A program made the position numbers and the translations under genes. Of a DNA stretch of 64,000 nt, positions 41,061-51,500 are shown one piece after another (position 1 is the stretch's first letter; each line of letters opens with the position of its first letter). The stretch is from Azolla caroliniana (taxonomy: Eukaryota > Plantae > Polypodiophyta), in assembly GCA_043228905.1 (NCBI GenBank), contig JBHGNT010000010.1, positions 14,694,001 to 14,758,000 on the forward strand. The letters are read 5' to 3'. The notes under the pieces were generated by a model. That model made no database searches, was not told where the DNA came from, and worked only from the letters and a program-made list of their open reading frames with translations.

Positions 41061-44000
41061 CTATCCCCCCTTCAAAACGACGAGTGTCACGAGTCGTCTT
41101 GGATTGAGGACCCAGTTTGTGTGGATATTGATGATGGAAGTCTTCAAGAAGAGCACGAGCATTGGTCACATTCTCGATCGGTTCCCAAGTACATTCGCTG
41201 GGGCTATAGCCTAGCCAATCGACTAGATAGTAGAGCTTGTTGCGAACAATCTTGGAATCAAGGATGGCGGCAACCTCGTACTCCGGCCCATCTTCAAGCT
41301 CGATCGGGGGTGGAGGTTGGATAAGACGTCCTGGGATGGTGCTTTCGTGGTAGGGTTCAAGGAGAGAACTATGAAACACCGGATGTATCCGAAGTTGAGG
41401 AGGTAGATCGAGACGAAAAGCGACATCATTAATCTGTCCAATAATACGGACTTGATGTGTCGTCGTAGCAGCCACACCCGATCTCCAATATTAAAACTGG
41501 ATGGAAGTCGATGACGATCCGCGTAGACCTTGTGTGTTTGTTGAGCTTGCTGGAGATGAGTAGATAAATCCGCTTGTATCTTGCGTAATCGCTCCAAACG
41601 ATCCTCCGCGCACGGATTTGTGGACACCTCTGGGGTTTCAAGTACACTCCACCGGGGGTGACATCCCCTATAAGCATAAAATGGCGTAACTTTAGTGGAT
41701 GTGTGGATAGAGTTGTTATAGGCAAATTCGGCGAAATGGAGAATATCTGCCTAGTCGTCCTGATGATAACTAAGAAAGCACCGCAGATACTGCTCCAACG
41801 TTTGATTTGTTCATTCAGCTTGGCCATCGGTTTGTGGGTGGTAGCCGGAGGAGAGGTTACAAGAGACCTTGAGCATGTTAAAAAGGTGCTTCCAGAATTT
41901 TGACACGAACTGGGGTCCACGGTCGCTGATGATACTATCGGGAAGTCCATGATGCCGACATACTTCACGCATGACAATTTCGACAGTGTCTTCACTGGAG
42001 ATCTCCTTAGTACATGGCAAGAAATGAGCCATCTTCGTGTATCGATCGACCACCGTTAGAATCGCATTGAACCCCTTAGAGACTGGAAGATCTGTGATGA
42101 AGTCTAGAGCAATGGATTGCCACGGCTTGCTTGGAATTGGTAATGGTTCTAATAAACCATATGGATGATGCCTTGGCATTTTCGCTCTGCAACATGTATC
42201 ACAAGTCTGAACAAAATCCTCGACAAATTGTCGCATATAGGGCCACTAGAATGATCATTGTACTAAATGTAATGTTTTAGTACTACCAAAATGCCCAGCT
42301 GTATATGTGTCATGGCAGTTTTGAACTACTCGAAGGCGGCAAGAACCATTAGGAACATACAAAAGTTCTTTAAAGAAGAGTAATCCATCATGGTATTTGA
42401 ATTGCCGATAGTCCGTACCTGGTGGTTGCGACTGTGAACACGACGCTCGAGAGGGAACAATTTGTGCTAGTATAGCTTGGGCGAACACATCTGTCTTCAA
42501 GTCTTCACGTATGGTATCGATAACGTGGGAATTCATGGGCATGTCAAAGATCTGTGTTGCTTGTAGTCGTGTCGGTCCCAAGATGACTTGTTTTTGGTTA
42601 TTGAAAGCTGGCTCGCCGAGACGGGGTGCTAGATACGAACGCCGTGATAATGCATCTGCCTTCCCTTGGTGCTTCACCGGACGATATGTAATTTTGAAGT
42701 CGAAACGCGTGAGGAAGTGGGCCCACCGAGCTTGACGTCGATTCAACACACGAGCATCTTGAAAGTAGGCAAGATTCTTGTGATCACTAAATAAGGTGAC
42801 TGGATAAGAGGATCCCTCCAAAAAATGCCTCCATTGCATAAAAGAATCCACTATTGCCAATAGCTCCTTATCATGAATTTCGTAGTTAATTTCGGCGGCG
42901 TTAAACTTGCGTGAGTGAAAAGCCACAGGATGTAGCTTCTCATCATTCCCCTGTTGTGACAGAATGCTCCCCAATGCAAAATCCAATGCGTCAGCTTCGA
43001 TAATGAATGCTTTTTCCGGATCGACATGAGCTAGAATTGGAGCCGATGTAAATGCCCTTTTAAGACTCTCGAAAGCCATGTCCGTTTCTTCAGACCAGAT
43101 GAACGGTTGTCCCTTCCTGGTAAGTTGTGTGAGAGGTAGAACGATCTTTGAGTAATCTTGTATGAACTTCCGGTAAAAATTGGCAAAGCCTAGGAAGCAT
43201 TGCACATCCCGCACCGAACGTGGAGTCTACCATTCTACCACCGTTTTGACCTTAGTTGGGTCCATGGAGATGCCTTCTGACGAAATGATGTAGCCGAGAA
43301 ATTCCACTTGGTTGCACCCGAAATTACATTTTTCCAGCTTTGCATACAGACCATTTTCTCGAAGTCGTTTTAGTACTAATAGTACATGAGAATCATGTTC
43401 TTCTTGGGTCTTTGAATAAACCAATAGATCATCCAAATAGATGATCAAACAATCATCCAATAGATCTCGGAATATATCATTAGCCATGTGCTGGAAGACT
43501 GCCGGTGCATTAGTGAGGCCGAACGGCATGACCGTATACTCGAAGTGCCCATATCTGGTGCGAAACGCGGTCTTCCATTCGTCTCCTGGTCGGATCCGTA
43601 CGAGGTTATATGCTCCCCCTAAGTCGATCTTCGTGAAGAACTTGGCACCATTGATCCGTTCTAAAAGACTTGAGATAAGGGGAAGAGCATACCTATTCCT
43701 GATTGTAACCTTATTCAGGCCACAGTAATCTACAACAAGACGAAGCGATCCATCCTTTTTCTTGACGAAGAAAATGGGCACGCCGGCTGGAGATTTCGAA
43801 TGCCGGATGAAACCATTTTCCAAATTCTCCTCTATATAGGCCCGAAGGACTTCCAGCTCGGTTGGTGACAAATTGTAGATCGGTCCCCATGGCGGCTCTT
43901 TTCCCGGTTGTAAATCGATGGGGCAATCGTACGGTCGATGATGAGGAAGTGTGTTGGCTTGTACTTTATCGAACACATCGGCATAATGACGATACTTCTC

Positions 44001-44605
44001 GGGAAGTTGAACGGTGGATCCTTCTTTAGTGGTGCTGGAGGGGTTTACTGATATTGCAAAGAGGAATGTATTTCCTCCTTGTGCCCTTCTTTATGCAACT
44101 GACGTAGCGAAATGGTTGCCATCTTCTGAGTTGACCCTTGGGTTTGTCGACACCGGATTTCTCTTGTTCTCCAATCTATGTCTAGATTATGTAACTCGAA
44201 CCACGGTAATCCTAAAACTATGGGATGTTCTGGGATACTAATAATATTAAATGATACTACACATGCGAAGTTATCTAGGACAATATTAATGGGCTCTGAC
44301 TCTTCTATGATATTTCCGGAAGCAATGGGACGTCCATCAATGACTACTACAGAGGCTGGACACTGGAGTTTTCTTAGGGATATCTTATGAGCTTGAGCAA
44401 ATTTCTTATCCATAAAGCAAGAGTTAGCTCCGGAATCTAGGAGTGCTAGGACATGTACTGGAGGGGTATTTTTAGTACTAACTATTACTTGGGCTACGAA
44501 CACATCACTAACTTGTTTAGAGGGAATGGAACCACTAATGGGCTGCACAGATCTAGGGCCGTCCAACCAAACAACTCCTATTTTGGCTGGGCTTAGTCGT
44601 TTAAC
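41061..44605 (-). pseudogene. Gypsy D pol (protease, RT, RNase H, integrase, chromodomain) with stops and frameshifts
   Basis: ORF pieces 44045-44566 (LLDSGANSCF), 43227-43976 (KTAFRTRYGHFEYTVMPFGLTNAPA, YLDDLL), 42255-43214 (NYEIHDKELLAI, DHKNL), 41811-42236 (SDRGPQF, YHPQTDGQ) and 41053-41475 (HPVFHSSLL, EYEVAAILDS..YLVDWLGY..TWEP). Confidence 0.92.
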
Positions 44606-45120
44606 TCTTCTTCTAACTGACTAAGGACATCAAATTTGTTCGCTAGATCTAGGCTATTAGTACTATTAGAACTATTAGTACTATTAGTACTATCAGATAT
44701 CCCTACTGTAATAGGCTCGGGTTTAGTACAATTAGAACTAGCAACTATTTGGTTTACCTGTCTTCTTGGCCTATGGGGACAATTTATTGCAATGTGTCCT
44801 GGTCCACCGCAGTAGAGACATAGTTGATTTGTTGGCGTCGCTGCTTTTCTTCTTCGGATAATGGCCCTCGACGACGTGTAGTGTCAATCTCCATCGGAGT
44901 CGAAGTATTCACTGGAGGCGCATTATAGTACTTCGTGGGAAGGCCAATCTTGGGTTCTTTATGAATCCCTTGTGTTCTGGGCCCTTGTTGTTGCATTGCT
45001 ACGATGGTTGCTTCGAGTTGTTGCACGCGTAACGCAAGTTCCCCATGCTGTTGTTGCGTTTGCTGCTTTTTTAAGGAGATTTGCTGAAGATCCCCCAGCA
45101 ACCGTTGGTTTTCTTGTTCC
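44593..45120 (-). pseudogene. Gypsy D gag remnant (coiled-coil N-terminus plus CCHC knuckle; capsid deleted)
   Basis: KEPKIGLP is joined almost directly to TPMEID..GPLSEEEKQRR. CLYCGGPGHIAINC starts at 44820 and reads open to EEELND* (stop 44593-44595). Confidence 0.8.
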
Positions 45121-46061
45121 AGCGGGATGAAAGAAAAGAGGAATAAGAGATTAGTAGGAAATGAGAGAGATAGAAGGTAGGAAAATTGGTTCAAACTATC
45201 AGGAACAGTATTGAGACAGAGACGGAATTAGTACTAAACGAAGGATTAGTACTATGAGAGGTGTAGAACTTCTTCGAGAGAAGGAAGGAGTGAGCGAGAC
45301 GGAGAGAGAGAGAGTGATGATAAGAAAGATATGTATTATATGAAGAGAATATACAATGGTGGCTAAAAGGCTTAAGACTGGCGTTGAACCAATTTGGTTC
45401 AACATAATGCCTAGTGCCCTCTTTTATAGTGTTTTCAGGAGTAATCCTGAAGCTTCTAGAATGTTCTAGAGAAATCTGGAATATACACTAATTTCCTATA
45501 ATAAAATGTAAATGAAAATAATATCCTACGTATTACAATAGATGGTCTAATGGTCAAGAGCTCGACCCATATAACCTAAGGTCATGGGTTCGAGTCTTGC
45601 TATATCATGACACCGCCTCTGTGTTCATCTATTGTATATTATAACATAGTGATAGTTTGCAGTCTGTGGATTGCCGTGGTTTTTCCCGTGTTTGGGTTTT
45701 CCACGTAAACATCTTGTGTATTATTCTCTTTACTGTATCGTGCGTACATTACCCGTTTTTTTGTGTTTGATCCTAGAATCGGTTGTGACCGAGCGTGTAG
45801 TCCTCACAGTGTTAGTGTCTGTAGTAGCCGGTCCTTCCATCGGGTTCCTTCTAGAGTCGTTCTGCCTTGCTCACGCTCCTCGTCCGGTCTAGTCCCGTTT
45901 CCCGCGACCCTTCTAGTTTCGCACACCTCGACCTCCTCGGTCGGCTTGTCTGCTCAACAGGCCCATCTCAACTCCTTCGCTGCTAAGACTTCGACACTTG
46001 TCAACCCATTGGTTACTCCGTTTCAGTGTCGACTTCCGTTGCCTTCTCGTCCGCTTGGCCT

Positions 46062-48521
46062 TTAGTTGATCCGCCTCCTCTTGCTTGCTCCGACTTGTTC
46101 AGATGTGCCAAATCCTTTGGTCAGCTCGGCTTCCTTTTTCTGCTTATCTCCCTCTTTGGTTCTTTCTTCCTCTCCGGCTCTTTGTTCGATGGCATCCGTT
46201 CCCGTCGAGACGCTAAATGTGGAGCATCCGTTCTTTCTTCCTCTCCGGCTCTTTGAGCTTGTTCCTATTCTCCCCCTCAAGTGCGGCACGTCGAGACACT
46301 GAATGTGGAGCATCTCCGAAAAATGCTGCAACTTGTCTGATCCAAGCGGCTTGGTGAAGATGTCAGCAACTTGTCGATCCGTGTGAACATACCGAAGTTC
46401 AACTTCACCGCTCAGGACCCGCTCACGAACAAAGTGATAATACACTTCTATGTGCTTTGTTCGAGCATGGAATACAGGGTTCTTGTCGAGTTGTATGTTG
46501 CTTATGTTGTCACAATAAATCAGGATCGAGGTCAGCACCTTGATCCGGAGGTCACGCAGCAATCACCGAAGCCAGATGGCTTCATAGGTGTCAATGATAG
46601 TGCCCTGGTATTCAGCCTCAGTGCTCGATAGTGCCACTGTTGGCTGCTTTTTGCTGCTCCACGCAATAGCCACGCTACCAAGAGAAAACATGTACCCGGA
46701 GGTGGATCGGCGAGCCGATGCATCACCAACCCAGTCGGCATCGGTATATCCGACTACCTTCCCAGCTATACCGTGTTGGTATAACAATCCCCGGTCCTTC
46801 GTGCCACTAACATACCGAAGTATCCGGTGTGCGCACTGAAGGTGCTCGACAGTCAGCTTCTGCATGAAATGGTTGATCACTCCGACCAGGTAACTAATGT
46901 CGGGTTGAGTGATTGTCAAGTATATGAGGCTTCTGACAATTTGTCGGAACCATTTCTCATCGCAGGCTGGTCTAGAGTCAGGACGTAGCTTCAAGTTCCG
47001 GTCTAGGGGTGTAGAGATAGGTTGGCATTCCGTCATGCCAAACTTGTACATCATATTCAACACATAATGGCGTTGTGAGAGCAATATGCCGTCGGGGGTC
47101 CGGATCACCTCGATCCCAAGAAAATAATGAAGGTCCTCCAGGTTCTTCATTTCAAATGCATTTGACAGTTGGGACTCACTCGGCTGATTTCATTGACTCC
47201 GGGTCCGGTGATGACTAAATTATCTACATAAAGCAAAATGCAAACCGAACTGTCCGGATGAACAATGAAGAGTTGGACTTAGAGGCCACAAACCCCATCT
47301 TATGCAACCGGTGCGTGATCTTCAGATTCCAAGCTCGGGGAGCTTGTTTCAGACCATACAACGATTGCTTGAGTCAGCACACTACCGACTTGTTCATCTT
47401 CGATTGGAAACCGGGGGGTTGGATCATATAGACCCGTTCTTCAAGATCTCCTTGAAGAAATGCATTCTTCACATCCATTTGGTGAAGATGCCATCTCCTT
47501 GCCACAACAAAAGCCAGTACCACACGAACCGTCGTCATCTTCGCTACTGGAGCGAAGGTCTCGTGATTCCATGGGTCTGTGCGTATCCTTTCACCACTAA
47601 CCAGGCTTTGTACCGGTTGACTAAACCGTCGACATTGTACTTTACCTTGTATACCCACTTACATCCGATCGGTTTACACTGTCGGGGAGGGTCAACCAGG
47701 TCCCATGTGTCATTGGGATTGAGTGGCCGCATTTCTTCCTCTATAGCAACACGCCAATTTGTGTCTTTTGTTGCTTCTGCGTAGCTCTCCGGCTCACGCA
47801 CTTCCGCCACCGTAGTCATGTACGCATAGTGATGCACCATATACTCATTGTAGCCGTACCTCATGACGGTTTTCTTCTGACGGGTTGACCAACGTAGCTT
47901 TTCGTTACCCGGTTTGAGGCCCTTCTTGGCTGGTTCAGACTTCCTTTCTAAAGATCCGCCTTCTTCTTTCCCGGGGTCTGATTCGCTCCGATCTGAACCT
48001 TCACTACCGATATCGTATTCCGGCATCTTTTTCTTCCCCTTCTCTTTGCTCGTGAACCGTCTCCTTGGTTCCTTGCGCATGGAGAGCATGACAAAGTCTC
48101 CACTACTCGTTAGTTCTTCACCTGACTGGTCATCCCAACTCAGCCGCTCATTCAACCCACTTAGCCGGAATGAGATCAGACTCTCTTCTAGAGTGCCAAA
48201 GTCTTCATCTTCTACCTAGACCTCCTCGAGCTCACTAGCCTCATCTTTCGGAATCGGGTCGGAGTCAGAGGTTGGAGCCGGTAGAGAGTACCATGATGCC
48301 GACTCATCAAACTTGACATCTCGGCTTACTCGGACTTGCTTAGTCCTGGGGTTACACTTATACCCCTGCTACTCATGCGAGTAACCGACTAGGATGCACT
48401 TCTCCGACTTCGGATCTAGCTTCTTCCGCTTCTCATCCGGTACATGCACATATGCTATGCTACTGAATATCCGAAGGTGCCTCAAATTCGGTTTACGCCC
48501 TAAATACAACTCGTGTGCAGA
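46062..48521 (-). pseudogene. Copia A pol, 3' part (integrase C-terminus, RT, RNase H)
   Basis: [47 protein letters not shown] and FHARTKHIEV; several frameshifts. Confidence 0.92.
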
Positions 48522-48526
48522 CACCT

Positions 48527-51500
48527 TGTTGAGCAAGCAAGCTCAACCGGACCTGGATCGGCTGAATAAGACTGAGCCGGATCGGCATCCGGAAGGATGA
48601 GCCAGATTCGAACGGGAACCGGAAGCATAGTAGTAGCCTAGACTACTAAGTAATCATTGTCTCGCAATTAGTGTCAATCACATGTGTGAGCATTGAAGTA
48701 CTTGTCAGTACTTCTATCAGTCCTTTATGGACTTGTATAAATAGTGTTGTTTAGCATGTTGTATGTACAGATTTTTAGAGTTAACTTTTGAATATAGTTT
48801 TATGGTCTGCTCTCTCTGTCTCCTCTGTGTTTGAAGCTTTTCCATTAAACCTTCATCTCATTTTTCTGTTGCTATCCGGCTGAGCCGGTTCTGTCTAACA
48901 CTTCCGCACACTAACATTCACATGGTATCAGAGCGCGAGGGTTGAGAACCTCTGCAACCGACGCTTGCCTTCGTAGACGAACCCTAGAATGCAACAACAG
49001 ACATGCAAGAATGCAACAACACACAGAGAGAAGATATGGGCAGAGGAATGGCGAGTTCACTTCCAATAGAGAAGCTTGACCGGAGCAACTACGCGTTTTG
49101 ATCATATAAAATGCACCAGTACTTGCTGGGGCATGGATATTGGAGCTTCGTGGAACGAAAAAATGAAGTAACACCGAAGCCGTCACTCAAAGACTTCCCG
49201 GTATGGGAGCAACGAGCGAGTTGGGTACTGTACTGTCTCGTGTCCGGTGTGCATGATCAAATGCTGAGCTACATCAAGGATGCAAAGACGCCGAAGGAGG
49301 CCTAGGAAAATCTACGGAAGATTTTCGCTGCAAGTACCACAACTCGTAAGTTGCAGCTCCAGCAAGAGCTGAACAACATCCTGCAAAGAGACATGTCGGT
49401 TACATATTACACCACCAAGATAAAGGAGATTTACGACGCACTCGGGTCCATCAACGTGACGGTGGACAAAGATAAGGTGGTACAAATCTGCCTCGGTGGT
49501 CTAGCACAAAGGTATAGGCAATCCGAACAACGATCTCCACCCGAGAGAAACCATTGTCCTTCTTCGACTTGCAATCGATGTTGATGGTCGAAGAAAACCA
49601 CGCAAGTGGGTCAAGGACCACTCAATCGGACGACTGGATGTTGTACACCACCAAGATAAAGGAGATTTGCGGCGCACTCGGGTCCATCAACGTGACGGTG
49701 AACAAAGATAAGGTGGTACAACTCTGCCTCGGTGGTCTAGCACAAAGGTACAGGCAATCCGAACAACGATCTCCACCCGGGAGAAACCATTGTCCTTCTT
49801 CGACTTGCAGTCGATGTTGATGGTCGAAGAAAACCACGCGAGTGGGTCAAGGACCACTCAATCAGACGACCGGATGCTGTACACGAAGACAGATCGGCCC
49901 CATGGACGTGGTGGACAAGGTGGGTCGGCACACAATGGAGGTGGCCGACAAGAGCAGTACCGGAGGCACAGAGGGTGTGCCGATAGCAGTTCCGAACCCT
50001 CCACAAGCAGGGGGAGTCAAAACGGCACTGAGAACCGGCAAGGAAAGGCCAGCATGGAATGTTGGTACTGTGGCAAAAAGGGCCATAGGGAAAGCGAGTG
50101 CTGGAAGAAGCGCGCCGATTCGGACAAATCTGGATCCGGCAAAACCGGTCGGGAGAACTGGCAAAGCTTGCACTACGTGGAAGGATCGAAAGGATTTAGA
50201 ACCGGGAAAACCGGTAAAGGGCCAGCCTTCGTGATGAAGCACAAGGCTAACTCGATGAAGAAGACTACTTCTGGATCGGAGGAAGTATGGTATGTTGATT
50301 CTGGAATGTCCAACCACATGACAAGCCATGAAGAGTGGTTCTCTTTTTTGAAGAAACCGGACAACCGGGGGTTGTCGAAACCGGAGATGACACCCCTCAC
50401 CCGATTGTGCATGTCGGAGAAGTCCCTTTAAACCATGTCGGACAAAAGGGGAAGTTGATGAACGTACTACACCTTCCGACTATCACAAAGAACCTGGTGT
50501 CAGTTGGACAAATCGTCGACCAGGGGATGCATATGCGGTTTACGCACCTAGGGTGCTTCATCGAGGAAGAGGGCCGGATAATTGCGCAAGGGCGCAGAGA
50601 TGGGAGGATGTTAATCCTCAACACTAATGATGTGGGCACCGCTATGTTTGCGAAAGGGTAGAAGGTCAAATCGGATATCGACATGTGGCACAAGCAGATC
50701 GACCACGTCAATTATCAAAGACCTACAATTGAAACAAGTCGTTTTCGGTTTGCCGAAATTTGTGAAGCCTGCCAACTCGGGAAGCAACACCGACTTCCAT
50801 TCCCCACCGATCGAAACCGGAGCCATAACAAGCTCGATTTAATCCATGCGGATGTATGGGGACCAACACAAACTGTTAGTCTTGGCGAGAGTCGGTATTT
50901 CGTCTCCTTCATCGACGACTACAGTCGGCACACGTGGATCTACCTCATCGAGAGGAAGAGCGAAGTCTTCGAGTGTTTCCGGAAACTTCAAAACTTGGTT
51001 GAATGGGAAATGGAGAGGAAGATCAAGTGCCTACGGTGGGATGGCAGGAAAGAATACTTTTCCGGCCGGTACACACCGGAGCAAAACGGTGTGGCCGAAA
51101 GGAAGAACCGGTCGATCATCAACGCAACAAGGGCAATGCTGGAGGAGAAGAGCATGCCCCATTTCCACTGGGCCGAGATGGTCCGGATGGCCGTCTACAT
51201 CCAAAACCGGATCGGTAACAAGGTGTCAGCAAATGAGATGTATTTCGGGCAAAAGCCGAATTTGAGACACCTTCGGATATTCGGTAGCATAGCATATGTG
51301 CATGTACCAGATGAGAAATGGAGGAAGTTGGATCCAAAGTTGGAGAAGTGCATTGTAGTTGGTTACTCGCATGAGCAAAAGGGGTATAAGTGCTATAACC
51401 CCCGGACTAAGCAGGTCCAAGTAAGCTGAGATGTCAAGTTTGTTGAGACAGCATCATGGTACTCCTTACCGACTCCAACTCCCGACGAAGACCCGATTTC

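Larger units (their letters stand above)
40625..45612 (-). mobile_element. Ty3/Gypsy chromovirus D (Tcn1/Tf1-sushi-like), internally deleted gag, decayed pol
   Basis: LTRs 40625-41060 and 45197-45612 differ by about 8 substitutions and one 20-bp GA-tract indel. TSD CCGCC at 40620-40624 and 45613-45617. PPT GAAGGGGGGATAG next to the 3' LTR. PR (ALLDSGA), RT (YLDD), RH, INT and chromodomain in Gypsy order. Confidence 0.95.
40189..45808 (+). mobile_element. Solo LTR B (about 630 bp: 40189-40624 plus 45618-45808), split by Gypsy D
   Basis: Termini TGTTAGG...CCTCACA with exact TSD GTGTT at 40184-40188 and 45809-45813. Removing it restores the Copia pre-PPT sequence seen intact in Copia C. TATA at about 40495 and about 39-bp repeats at 40276-40390. 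Confidence 0.85.
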
